From the IMG/VR virus record IMGVR_UViG_2061766007_004032: 64,000 bases of DNA; one strand, given 5' to 3'. This DNA comes from a virus (taxonomy: Duplodnaviria > Caudoviricetes). This document shows positions 42,548 to 55,153 of this stretch, in pieces. The position numbers and the translations under genes are program-made. The stretch's first letter is position 1. Each line of letters starts with the position of its first letter. The notes beneath the pieces were generated by a model, which made no database searches, was not told where the DNA came from, and saw only the letters and a list, made by a program, of their open reading frames with translations.

Positions 42548-43903
42548 TTATCTCATTATTTTCGCGCCGCACTTGGTTTCAAAGATGAGTTTTTTCGCCT
42601 CTTCCTCTGCGGCGGCTCTCTTGTGGTCGAAATAAAGCTTCATCGAGCATATCGGTGCCTTCTGGCGGAGCCTGAACATGTCCACCCAGATGTTCAGGTT
42701 GTCCTCGAGCCACCCGTTCTTAATCTTGAAGTCCCCGTCCGGCATCGGCGAGTTCAGCCATCGCCAGTTTTCCTCGATTACCTTCTGATATGCCCCACTT
42801 GATGAGAATTTCAGGCTCATCAGCTTCGCCTTCAGCTCATCCTTGTCGTCAAAAAGGTGCTCTTTTCGCATAACCCCCGAATACGGAAGCATGTTTGACG
42901 CGAAAAGGGGTATACCGGAGGCGCAACACTCGAGATACTTGATGTGCGACTTACACTTGTTGAACTCCATGTCCTTAATCGGCGCGACGATTGCCTGGAG
43001 CTGGAGGTTTTCCATCTTAGATGGGTAGTTAAGAATCGGGACGCCGTCGTGAAACTCGATTTTCTTCGCCTGTATGAGGTCTTTCAGCTTGGGCGGGGCG
43101 TAGCCGAAGAATACCCACTGGAAATCGTTGACCGTTTCCCTAATTATGTCGATTATAAGGTCCATGTCGTCGGTTATGACCTCGGTTTCCTTAAAATCGA
43201 CCACTTTGCCGTCTTGGTTTATCCAGACCTCTTCCCCGGTTTTCCCGTCTTTCTGCTTCCGGCAGGCTTTTCCTTCCCTGTCGACCCTCATACCGTCGAC
43301 GTTGTAGTGCGAAAGGGAGGAGACGATGCCGATTCTCGGTCTTGCCTTGAACTTTTGGAACTGCTTGACCTTTCTTTCGGGGTCGAAACGGTCCCCGAAC
43401 CACCACCTGGGGAGAAGGTTCGGAACCGCGACGATGTTTTCCAGCGGCACGCCGTATTTCTCGTGGTAGTACTTCTTGATGTAGTTCGTCGTGACGACAA
43501 CCAGGTCCGAAACGTTCAGCATGTACCTGATGTTCTCCTGAATCTTGTCGCTCGCGAAAGCCTGCCTCCCCTTATTGAAAAGCGGGATTTCGTCGTAATG
43601 CATCGCGTCGTCGATGGCGTAAATCAGCCACCCACGGTTCTAATCCATGACCGGCTTCAGAAGGTGCCTGACCAAATCGGCGTGTTGGTCGCCAATCCAC
43701 CTCTGGATTGTCACGGAGTTCATCCCGGTGTAGTATTTCGGGTCGATGACCGGCACCTGGGTGTAGGTGTTGAGAATTCCGAGCCCCTGGGCTATACAGT
43801 TTACCTGCGTAATCTGCTAAATGTGCCTCCAGAACCCGGTCCCGGAAACGTCCGCGCAGTAGACGATGTTCCTGAACTGCTGTTGCTGTTGCTGTTGTTG
43901 CAT
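42548..43903 (-). CDS. GT-B (GT4-like) glycosyltransferase (2 TAG read through)
   Basis: ADVSGTGFWRH, IYAIDD, SDLVVVTT, FNKCKSHIKYLE..GIPLFAS motifs; poly-Gln N-terminus. Confidence 0.85.
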
Positions 43904-44013
43904 TAAAATATTTTCCTATAGGAAAACACGCGTAAATCTTCCGTTTTAAAGGTAAAAACAGATAAATCGCGTGTTTTGGAAATATTATACAAAAAAAAAA
44001 AACGTATAATATG

Positions 44014-44307
44014 TTAATTTTGTTCTGAATATGTTGCCTGACAGGTCACGTCGGATGAAATGATTTCGGGAAGACCTTGCCACCCCTCGAAAACGTAACC
44101 CTCGTGGGGGGAAACGAAACCCGTTCCGACGTCGGAGTTGTCTATCCCGTACGTGCAGGTCAAGTTGGAAAGAACATCTCCCCCGAAAATATCGGAATCG
44201 AAGAAAGTCACAGAGTATCTCTCCCCCCAGACCTGTTTTTCGCCGATTTCGATTTTAAGGACGCGCTTGTCCCCGACGCTGAAAGACTTTACATCAGAGA
44301 AATCCAT
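44014..44307 (-). CDS. small virion protein with InlB B-repeat-like domain
   Basis: YSVTFFD...HEGYVFEGW...DVTCQATY. Confidence 0.65.
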   Translation of the reverse strand: MDFSDVKSFSVGDKRVLKIEIGEKQVWGERYSVTFFDSDIFGGDVLSNLTCTYGIDNSDVGTGFVSPHEGYVFEGWQGLPEIISSDVTCQATYSEQN

Positions 44308-44312
44308 TTAAA

Positions 44313-45656
44313 TTACTCCGAATTGGTGTAGACCGCAGACAAATTGGTGTTATCCAGAACCGTTAATGTCCTTGTGGTGGCGGTCAGCGTGGTATTATCT
44401 GCCCAGTGAATAAACGTTTTGTTTGGTAACTCCGGAGCGGAAATCTGCACGCTTTCGCCGTAGAAATAAGTATCGCTCGAGAGGAGAGTCCCGTCATCCT
44501 GGAAAATTCTCAGCTAAAACTGTTCGTTCAACGCAACGACACGCTTGGTTATCGTTTCTGGCTCGTCGTTTTCATTAAGAACGGTGAAAGTCCACGTCTC
44601 AATGTTGTTGGGGTTGATGGAAACCGTAAAAGTATTTCCATTTTTCTCGGATTTTACCGCCAGATACCCGGAAACCTGCGGAAGCGGGTTTCCCTGCACG
44701 ACCAATCCTTCGTTGTTAACATAAACCGGGGTGTTTTCGTTCCCGACAAACTGACCATCGTGACGATAGACCTTGTTTGACCTCGTCAGACCGGAATTTA
44801 TCGCTTCCCACTGTTCGGAATTTAAATCCGCACTCTCAATTTTATGATGGACTTTCCAATAATTGAGATGATATTCAGTTTCATCACCGTTTTCGGGAAT
44901 AACATAACTTACCACCCACTATCCGCCATCGGACAACTCGGGAATACTAGGGTCGGGAATAGTGGAACCGTCGAAAATCACAACATAATCGTTCTGGTCG
45001 GGATGTTCATCTGATATTTGGGATGCGGTAAGACCGTGCCAGGTTTCAAAACTGCCGAGGAACCTCACGTCGCGCTTTTTAACTTCCGCCTGGACATATC
45101 CGACATTGGCGAGAGTATCCGACAATCCCATGTTTTCCTCGGTCGGGTAGGTTTCCTAAAGTTTCTAGAAGAAATCGTTGCAGAGTGACCGCACGGTCAG
45201 GTTGTCAGCGGACAAATCTAGTACGGAGATTTTCTCGGAGTATAACGCGGAGAGTGTGATGTCCGGAGTAATCCGTTTCAGTGCGTCCGAAAGGGCGTAG
45301 GCGTCGGCGGAAACCGGTTTTCCCATCTCGAACGTCATTGAGCTGATTATGTAGGGGGGGGTAGTAGACGCCTGTACGGATGTACTGGGAAGTTCTTCCT
45401 TTCTAACGTAATCGCTCAGATTCTCAACCTTTGAGGAAATATTTTCCAGCCCAACTTTTCCAACTATGTCCGCCACCAGGTCGCCGTACTGGCAGAATTT
45501 GGACATGAAACCGGTTCTGGTCGAAATCTATTCGTTTTTCTGGGAAACCAGAAACAGGTCTTCGTCTTTAAGCTCAACGGTTTTATCTTCCAACTCGGAA
45601 ACCGCGACACAGCTGAGCTTGTCCATTTCCGACGAGATGACGGTGTAAACGTTCAT
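44313..45656 (-). CDS. tail/baseplate-associated protein (5 TAG read through)
   Basis: One frame through TAGs at 45528, 45165, 45156, 44919 and 44514; shared N-terminal module; TAA stop. Confidence 0.7.
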
Positions 45657-45672
45657 TGGTAAAGTCTCCGGT

Positions 45673-46596
45673 TCAGTCGTTTCTCAGAACGTACCCGACG
45701 AACGAGCACGGCTAGTTTTGGATAAATGTCAGCGTATTATACGCCGGGTTCTGGAAACCTGAGTTCATCGTGTTCACGGGGAACCCGGTCATTATTTTCA
45801 ACTGCATATTCTTCTTTACCGGGACGTTGAAGCCGACGTACTGGAGAGCCTGGCTCTTCTGCCCGATAATCCAGGGCTGGATTTGGAGGGCGACCCAACG
45901 CTTCCTCTGGGACTGGATGTCCCCGATGGTGACGTATCCGAAAAGACCAACCCAGGCTTCCTGCGCGGCGACGTTCCCGTTGTCCGCCAGCCAGCCGTAT
46001 ACCACAAGGTTGCCGGTGTGCTTCGCGAACACGGGTCCGGCTTTCTGGTTGCTGTACTGGTCCAGTATAAACTGGGAAGAATCCCTTCCGTCCTGGTCGA
46101 ACCTCCACACCATGAAATTTTCCTCGTCGAAAACCGTGTTCGGAGTGGAGTTTTCGGGGTCCGTGTCAACGTATGTGGTGCTCGGCGAGAGGAAATTGCC
46201 GTAGTCCTGTGAAGTCTCCGACGCCATTTCTCTCGTGATGAAATCGTTGTCGTCGATGTCCGCCAGTTTAAGCGTTTCCGCGTACCCGACCGGATTTCTG
46301 AAAAGCTTTTTCCCGGAAATGGAGACGTTTTCGCCGGAGAGGACGGAATCCACATCCTTCTTAACCTTTCTGAGGCTAATCGGAGGACCGTTGTCGTCCC
46401 CCTCGTTCATTTCGAAGGTCTGCTCGATTTCGGACGAGATGGAGCCGGTCGAGCTCTCTTTTATTTTTCGGAAATCGACAGCGCGACTATCATATTTTCC
46501 GTCCGCAGTGGGGACTTCCACCTCGAACAGGCAGTTGTCTGTCAGCCTATCTTCTTCCCCGAGCCTTGGTAACTGTGAAACCGTTTGTACTATCAT
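45673..46596 (-). CDS. tail-associated protein (1 TAG read through)
   Basis: TAG 45712, TGA 45673; shared N-terminal module. Confidence 0.7.
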
Positions 46597-46602
46597 ATCT
46601 CA

Positions 46603-49389
46603 TTAACACTGATAACCAATAGAGAACATAACTATCCTATCATCGTCAAAAACATTCGCGGAAGCCGTGCCTGTTTGAGAGAACGGGTTGTAAACATAAT
46701 AATTATTTTCCAACGATTGGGTGTTTTCGTCTTTTAACGGTCCGTCCGCACCAAGTAAAAAGAACCGCCTCCCGAGAGACTAAGAAGCGTTGGTAACCCC
46801 AATCGAACCGGTGGTTTGGTTGTTCTTGAGTATCGCGTTGACACAACCACTGATTTCGGCGGCAACTTTACTTTTATCAACCGAACCGTCGGTGAGATAA
46901 GCAGAGACGTTGCCGCTCAGCCTAACCGCCAAGAAATAATCCTTGTCCCCGTCGGGGCTATATTTCAACTTATAAGCGTAAGTTGAACCCGTCTTGGAAT
47001 TCGCCTTAAACCTGGGGGCACTCAGAAACGCGTCGACCGCGATTTCGGTTATGGAGGAATCCAGCGTAACGCTCTTAAGGCTTTGACAATTGAAGAACGT
47101 CCTACTTCCGAGAGAAGTTAACGTGGGCGGCAACTCCACCCCGGATAATTCCCGACATTCAAAGAATGTATAATCGGTCTTATCGGCGTCGGTGGACTCT
47201 ATGTTTGCGCTCTTGAGATTCCTACACTGACAGAACGTGGAAAGAAGACCGCCGTTTTCGATGTGATTGTTGTTGAATGTCACGCTTGTCAATTGCGGAA
47301 GCATGTTTCTTGACGCCGCGCTGATATTTCTGGTACCGGTTGTGTTATTAGCCGAAAGGTACATTTCGGTTCCGAAAGTTGTTAAAGCCGGGTTGGAAAC
47401 CGCCTCGTTCATGAAGAACGTGCAATTTCCGTTCATTGAAACGCACGACGGAATACTCATGGACGACAAACTTACGCAATATGCGAACGCGGAGTCGTCG
47501 ATAGTTACCTGGTATTCACTGTCGGACGTTAATATTGCTCCCGACACGGAAAAAGCCGATGTGTTGGCGTCATAGCTGGTCTTTTGTGTAGCGAAAGTCA
47601 CCCCGGTCAGTGTACACCCGATGTCGGCGTTTGTCACTCCGTTGGAAAACGCGGCGTTGCTTCCCTTTTTATTGTTTCCGAGGCTTGTTACATTAAAGGG
47701 GAAACACCGTATTCTGGTAACGTGTTTTGGTTCCACCCTATATTCGAAGTTCACACACCCGATTTTATCATCTTCGATTCCACCGTCGCCGTTAAAACTG
47801 TTCATGTCCGTTAAAATGGCGGACAAATCGGTTGTGTTCTTGACAAAATGCATCATCATGTCACAATCGTCTGATTCGGGGCCGATGGAACGCTGGACTT
47901 TACCAGAACCGTGGTCTTTCTCATACACGAAGTTGGGTTTATCGGAGGCCACACCCAAAAACGCCATCTGTTTCCTGGATTTTCCGTAATCAGACGCACT
48001 GACCGCGAAATTCCCGCTGGTAACGTTGTAGACGGTGCTTCCTATATTCACGGTTTTACCGATTCCGGAAGGTCTGCCGAGATATTTTCCGTACCCAAAC
48101 CGGTGGTATGTGGTGCTTGTTAAATCGAACCTATTATCGAAAATAGCATCGGAACTGACCAGTGGGTTGAGAACCGTTTCCTCGTCAATGATTTCGTTCA
48201 ATCCCGCTACTTCCGAAGAAATGTCGGAAAGCGACGTGAATTTCAGCAAAGAGAAGTTTCTGTTCCCGGAACCGTCATTTGTTGCGCCGTATTTGTCGTT
48301 AAACACCGAATCCGAGGAAATAAAAACGCAACTTATCTGGTCACTGGTAATCGTGGTATCTTTATTGACATAATAATACCTATCATTAAAATTGTCCGCG
48401 AGAACCGTGGGTTTTGTGGAAGTCTAGTTGAACGGGACCGTTTTGTATGAGTTTCCGAGTGGGAACGTCACGTCACCCTTGGTTTTCCCGACAACAAAAA
48501 CATCACCAGATTGCCACGGCTTTGTGGGAACCAGTTTGTCGGCGTTGACGAAACGACCGCTGGTATTGATAAAACCGCGTTTCGTGATGGGTTTCTCATC
48601 GGAGACGTTTCTCTTGTCGATAGAGGCACGCCACTCGAAAGATTCTGTTCCGAGGGGCTTGTCGTTCATCGTCATAACGATGGAATTCGTACATCTATTG
48701 GAGAAATTGTTGCTTCCGTTGTTACTACAGAAATTGGAAGAGATATACGAGCTGTTTCCGCACTTTTCCAGCAACAGCCTTATTTGCGAACCGGCATAGA
48801 AAAACCCATGGAAATCCAAATCAAAAATAGAACTCCTGAGCGGTTCTTGACAGATGCTCTACCACCCATTTTCGGTAAGAACCTGGAGAGAGGCTATATC
48901 TTTGTAATTTACACCGCTGTTACTGGAATAATTAGCAAGGCTCAAACAGTTAAACGTGATATGGATATACGCGTTGGCGTCGGATTTGAAAGTATAAATT
49001 TCCGATTCCGCGTTCCCGTTAGTAGCACTAATCATCGATGTAAAAGACGACGAAAGCGAGTACACCTTTCCAGAGAACACGTTCTACTGGGTCATCTTTA
49101 TGTTGTTGATTGATTCGTCTATACTTTCCATAAACTCTTCGCCGTCCCCTAAGTTCTGAATGTTGATGTTTGTGAGCTGGTTCTTCAGTATGTCGTTAAC
49201 GATATACTGCCTTATCGTTTCGAGAGTTATGCCCCTCGCATACGACAACGCCTGTTGGGTCAAATCGTTGTTGTTTGTCTCGTGTGAAACAACAAACACA
49301 TCACTACCCTTTACGGTAGTATCGTCTCTTCCGGTGTCCAGATTTAACTTGGTCAGGTCGTCTATGGTCTTTACTTTGATGTTTGACAT
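46603..49389 (-). CDS. 928-aa tail-associated protein with BspA/LRR_5 repeats (4 TAG read through)
   Basis: TAGs at 49084, 48859, 48424 and 46780; IDDSAFAYCVSLSSMSIP-type repeats. Confidence 0.75.
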
Positions 49390-49422
49390 TTGGATTTACC
49401 TTACGAGAATTATTTACGTCTG

Positions 49423-51033
49423 TCAGATGGGGTACCCGGTGGATTTTATCTTCGTCCACGGTTTCAAAACGTTAGCTGTGGTCTATTCCTAATTCATGTC
49501 GTTGTTGAGGTCGTACTGCATCGTTCCGACATACTCGCCGTCAACATCGTTCAAAAGCCTCAGTAGGATGATATCGCTCTCTTCGATGTCTTCCCCATCG
49601 ATTTCCAATTGGAGATACGGGCCGAAAAATTCCGTTTCGTCCTCTTTTAGGTACGGGTTCTGCTGGTCATTTACGATTCCAACTCCCTATAAGTCCAACG
49701 ACAGAAGGTTTTTCTGAACGGTTTCCGTAATCGAGTAGAAATCCGGACTGGGGAAATCTTCTGGATTTTCCGGGGTGGACCAGTCCGCGCCGACGTCGTG
49801 TCTGTAAAGCGGGCCGTTCAGGCTTCCCTGTGCCCACCCGAGAATCCTGTCCCCGACCTTAAAATACTTTCCGTCCCCGTTGTTTGAGGTTAAAACGCCG
49901 TAAGCTATCCTGCTGTCGGCGGAAATATTCTCCCCGAACACAATCGGACCGTACTCGTACACCGCCGGATAACTCACGTTCCCGAAAGAATCTTTCGAGG
50001 AAAGGTTTCCGTAGAAAGTCCCGATAAAAGTCTGATGGTCGCCGTAAACGACGCTCAGAACCGTGTCGGCGGTAATCTCGTATTCCTTAAACTCGCTGAA
50101 TTTTATGCGGTGGGTGGGATTGGAGACGTTGACCACGTAGTTAAAGTATTTTCCGACCTCGACGTTCGAGCTGACCGAATCAATGCTCAGACCGGCTCCG
50201 CCGAAAACGTTCTCCATTGTGGTTCCGGACTGAACCTGGAACACTTTCGAGCCGTAATAGTCCTTTTGAACGTAATAGTAGACGATTGCGACGTAATCGC
50301 TGAGACCGATGGACTCGGTGACATCCCTGACACTCATTCTCAGGGCGTGGAAAACGTTCGGTCTGACCTCTTTCAGCACGAAAACTGCGCGTTCGCCGCC
50401 TCTCACGAGGTTGTCGAAACCGGATTCGGAAACAAACTCCAAATTTTCTTCGGGGCTGTTTCTGTTGAAGAGAACCGCGCAGTCGTTTTGCGCCGACACG
50501 TCTATTATGAAGTGTCTGGAGAACTGGAGATTGCTCAGTTGTGAAGACAGATTGGACTGAAGCTTGAAAATCGCGGTGTCGTTACCATTCTTGCCGATTT
50601 CGCACTGCGAAACGAACGAGTCGCGGATGCTGTAAAAAGCGTTGTCTTCCCCCGGCACGACCGAAAGGCGGTCTATCTTCTGGAAAAACAGCTGTTCCGC
50701 CGAAATTGCCTGGGCTTGGCTCGAAAGCTCGGGAATCTGGTCGATGAGCAATTTTTTTTCGTTGAAATCTGAGCTCAGCTCGTCGAATTTTCCGCTCAGT
50801 TCGGAAAAATCGGAGGAAATCTTCGCGATATCGGCGGTATTCTTCTCTATTTTGCCGGAAAGGTCGCCGACGGAAAGAAAACCGCCGACATGCCCGACAA
50901 GTTCCCCGTAGGAAATCTTCTCGGACACGAACTTGTCGCCGTACTTTCTCGACACTATGAAAAGGTCTTCGGTCGAGAGGCTGTGGGAGGCGGAAAGCTC
51001 CTGAATCGACTGGTCTACTATGAAATGGCTCAT
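49423..51033 (-). CDS. tail-associated protein (3 TAG read through)
   Basis: Shared N-terminal module and coiled-coil; TGA stop; ATG 6 nt after GTAAATA. Confidence 0.7.
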
Positions 51034-51059
51034 TTCGGTTATTTACCGTCGAGTCATTC

Positions 51060-52082
51060 TTAATTGTTAGTGTATTCTTCTGGAATTTCCGTCAGTTTTC
51101 CGGAACACGAGACAAAAAACTCGTCTTTCGCCACCTCTTTTATCTCAATCAGAACCTTCTCACCGCGTTTCAAAACCCCCGAAAGGCGGTCGTCCCCGAA
51201 ACAGAACCTCTGTTTTCCCTCGCTCGCGAAAACGACCCTCGTGTCTGTCCCACAATCCACACAAACGTAAAGGTGCCTGGAATACCCGTCTCTGAACTCG
51301 GGAATTCTAAATTTCGTGACGCTCTGGATGGCGAGAAAATCATTCTTGGCGAAGAGTTTTAGCGTCGTGTATTCGATTTCGGCGTAAACTTTCGAGATGG
51401 CGTCCTTTTTCAGGAACCCGCTTAGGTTTTCCTAGTAGACCGGAATATGTTCCCGGAGATTTTCTATCGGTTCCGTGTCGACATCGTCGATTTGTTTCCC
51501 AAGAACCACGGTTTTTTCAGAAAGGGTCGCGTTTTTCGCGCTAAGTTCCCCGATGTTCCGCGAATTTTCCTCGACGCGCTCCCCCATCTCCCCGAAAGAC
51601 AAATCTGCGGAAAGGCTGTCGAAAACCTGCGTCGCGGAAATATGCTGTGAGTAAAAGAGCGCGTCGGAATTTTCGTCATATTTCGAAATTAGGAAAATTC
51701 CGTCACCGTCGGAAGGGAATGGGGGGGTTGGGTCGAGCTTGCTTATCGGTAGGTCGTCAGAAAGAAACCTCGTCTCGTCCTCAAACTGCTACTGCGCCAT
51801 TAGAACTGGCTGAATCTGCCTGAAAGTCTCGGAATACTCGCGGTTTTCATCCTCCAGTTCCCCGTTTTCCTCCTCGAGCCTCTGGTTCCATTCTCTCAGG
51901 AACCGGTTTTCCTCCCTCAAACGTTCGAGCTCCGCCCCGTAAAACGCGGAAACCACGTTAACCGAGTTATAGACGGAGACGCTGTCATCCCCGGAGGCGT
52001 AATCGGAAATTACCGCTCCCAGTGTTATGAACTGGCTGTCAACAAAACCGTCTGAAAAACTGCTTACCAAAACATCGGACAT
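51060..52082 (-). CDS. tail-associated coiled-coil protein, partial paralogue of 49423..51033 (2 TAG read through)
   Basis: TAGs at 51789 and 51432; similar SRHxxxxV...GExxxxxxKEV C-terminal domain. Confidence 0.7.
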
Positions 52083-52083
52083 C

Positions 52084-53232
52084 TCACACCACACCTATGT
52101 AAACCATTACCGGCATAAAAACGTGCGTCGGCTTGGATTCCACGTCCGGAGATGAGCCGCTCTCCATGGACTTCGCGTTCTCAATCTGCCCGTCCTCGAA
52201 ACTGCCGTTTATCTCGAAATCTATTTTCCCGGTCGGGGTCGAAGAACTTCCAAAACCGCACATATCGTAGTAACCACTGCCGCCGTTTCCGATTGGAAGC
52301 TCATTTATTTTCGGGGTTTTCGGTCTTCCGGAAATCGTTACCCCGAGTATTTCGTGGGAGTGCGGCGCAAGACCGTTGTTGTACCTGACGAATTTCATCG
52401 GGTCTTCCTTCTCCGTGCCGGGGTTCATCCTTAAAAAATTCCTGAGGTCGGGAACCTTAAAGCTCCTCTTCCCGGTTTCCTCCGGTTCTGTACCGTACAG
52501 TCCGAAAGCTTCCTGAAACCTGTTCCCGTCAACCGTGAAAACCGTACCGTTCGGGTAAACCCACCCGTCGAAATCCTCAGAATCGATATCGACGTTAAAA
52601 TTGTCCCCGTATTGCCTGACGACGCTCTCGTCAAACTTGGGTAGTGCGACGAATTTTAACGTTCCCACGTCGAACACGTTAAAGTCGTCTAAGTCGACGG
52701 CGGGAACGTTGATATCAACGGTTTTGACTGTCATTTTCCCGTCCTCGGTCCAGTTGCTGACCTTAACCGTCATTATGTTCCAGTATTTCTGGTTTTCGTC
52801 GCTCAACACATCCCCGATGTTGAAATAATCGTAAACGTCGTCGTGAACGTGGTCGACCAGCGAGTAGTCGTTCCTGTCCTCGAACGCCATGCTCCCGAGA
52901 TTAAGTCCCTTTTTCACCCTTTCAACGGTCTGTGAGCAAAGGTCGTGGTACTCGATTGCGAAAGAGCTCATTTCCCCGGAAAGAAAATCCTTCCTTTCCT
53001 CGTTTAAGAGGAACGCACCGGCTTCCGCCGGGTCCAGCATAATTCTCCCGTCGAAATATTCCCTGAGAATGTAGGCGTCAGAACTCAACGACGAAATCTA
53101 GTCCGCGTGCGCGATTAAAAACAAGTCGTTGTCCCCGATTTTCTTAACTTCTTTGAGCTTCGAAATCGGGGTTCCGCTTAGTTTTTCGGACAGTCCCAGT
53201 TCTTGGTATTTCTGCAAATCTAAATCGGTCAT
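52084..53232 (-). CDS. tail-collar-domain fibre protein (1 TAG read through)
   Basis: VGTLKF...FDGWVYPNG...FKVPDLRNF and PHSH motifs. Confidence 0.8.
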
Positions 53233-54203
53233 ACAGGGACTCCTATGTACATCAGAACCGGGATGTTGAAATGCGTCGGGAAATTTTCACTGTCCACCGC
53301 CTCATTTTTGGTGATGTCGGCTGTTTCCACCTTTACCCCGGACATATCGAACCTAATGTCCGCCTGAATCGTGCCGGTTTTAGAATTTCCGGTGCCGTGG
53401 TGTTTTCCGGAGAAACTGCCGATTGACTTTCCGTAAGTCTTGATGTTTCCGGACAGTGAAAACGTTCCGTCTAAGCTGAACTGGGAAATGTCGTGGGCGT
53501 GGTTCTTCAGCGCGATATTATATGCGACCCTTTTCATCGGGTCTTCGGTTTCCACGAACGGGTTGGCTTTGAGAAAGTCTTGGATTCTCGGAATCCTGAA
53601 TTTCCCCTCGGTCTCCGTTCCGGTCTGAATGGTTTTGAACGCCTCGTAGGCATACGGAAACCTGTTTTTCGAGATTTCTCTCCCGTCTGGGTAAACCCAT
53701 CCGTCGAAATAGTCCGAATTCTCGTCTATCGGTGAAAGTTTGGGGGCGGCGATGAATTTCAGTGTTCCTATCCTTCTTCTCATAACATCCGGGGCGGATA
53801 TCCTCAAAATGCTCGGAATGCAGATGTCTTTGGAAACCCCGTCAACAACGATATGCCCGAGAACTATAACCCTGTCCTCGCTTTCGGGGACCGAATAGTT
53901 TCTGGAATAGTGTGGGAAAACCTCGACCCTGCTGTATCTGCCGAAATGGTTGTGGTCCTTTCTCGCGTAACCGTTTTTATCCTCGGTGGCCATCGTCCCG
54001 AGGTTCATATTCCCGAAAACCGCGCTATAAATCTAATCCCGTAGCATTTTGTAGGTGGTTTTTTGGGATTTATAAAAATTGGACTCCGATTTTCCGTTCA
54101 GTGGAACACTGACTAGAAATTTATCCCTCTCCTGAAGGTCCTTTACCTCCAGCTCCTCCTGAATCGGGCATCCTTCCAGATACTGGACGTCGATGTCGCT
54201 CAT
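53229..54203 (-). CDS. tail-collar-domain fibre protein (1 TAG read through)
   Basis: IGTLKF...FDGWVYPDG...FRIPRI and NHAH motifs. Confidence 0.8.
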
Positions 54204-55153
54204 TTTTTGGCACCCCCGATGTAAATCATGACCGGAATAAGGTTGTGGTTCGGATAAGTCTCGGAACTGTCGGACTGAACCTGTAATTCTCCCGTCGCCG
54301 AGGTTATGTTGATGCTCCCAACCACGAGTTCATACTGGTCTTGGGTCAGATATGAGTTGTTCATCTGCTTGCTACCGCTGTGAATCGAGTTTGAGCCTCC
54401 CGTTTCGTCGTCGTTTGGGGTTACCGGAATCTGTGTGGAAACGTCAAGTTTGACGTCCAGTTCCTCGAACGAATCCTTTCTGATTCCGTGGGTGTGCGCC
54501 GGTATCCCCTCGGTCTTTCCCTCGGTTCTCGTTGTCCCGACCTGGGTCGGCTCGGGATTCGGCTTGAAAAACGCGGAAAGGTTCGGAACACGGAAGGTTG
54601 TGGACGAATCGCTTTCCTTGAACATTTCCCACGCCTCGAGGAACCTCGATTTCTGAAACTCCGAGCCGTCGGGGTAAACCCACCCGTCGAAATTTTCCGA
54701 ATCGATGTCAATGTTCCCCAGACTCGGAACGGCGAGAAACTTCAGCTCGCCGATTCTCGGTTTCTCGATTAGCTTCTCGACGCTCTGCACCGGGGATTTC
54801 ACAACATAGTCTTTTATTTCCCCGTCGGCGTCGCTGACCGTGAGCGTCGCCACGTCCAGATACGTTAAGGACGGGTCTTCGTCTCTCAGATAAACCCTGA
54901 CATTCGAATACTCTTCGTGCCCGTGGTTCTTTCTCGCGTAATCATCCTTGTCCTCGAACGCCATCGACGAAACCATAAGGTTCGCCGACACGGTGGCGTT
55001 TACGCTGTCGACAAAGCTCCCGAATGAGACTTTTTTGGAGAAATGGGCTTCCTTTTTCGGGTTATAGTTCCGCGAAATGACGAGGAAATCCCCGTCATCG
55101 GCCTGTTTTCTTCTTTCAAGTTCGGAAATTCTTCTGCCGTTAAGAACAAGCAT
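54200..55153 (-). CDS. tail-collar-domain fibre protein
   Basis: IGELKF...FDGWVYPDG...FRVPNL and PAHTH motifs. Confidence 0.8.
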   Translation of the reverse strand: MLVLNGRRISELERRKQADDGDFLVISRNYNPKKEAHFSKKVSFGSFVDSVNATVSANLMVSSMAFEDKDDYARKNHGHEEYSNVRVYLRDEDPSLTYLDVATLTVSDADGEIKDYVVKSPVQSVEKLIEKPRIGELKFLAVPSLGNIDIDSENFDGWVYPDGSEFQKSRFLEAWEMFKESDSSTTFRVPNLSAFFKPNPEPTQVGTTRTEGKTEGIPAHTHGIRKDSFEELDVKLDVSTQIPVTPNDDETGGSNSIHSGSKQMNNSYLTQDQYELVVGSINITSATGELQVQSDSSETYPNHNLIPVMIYIGGAKK

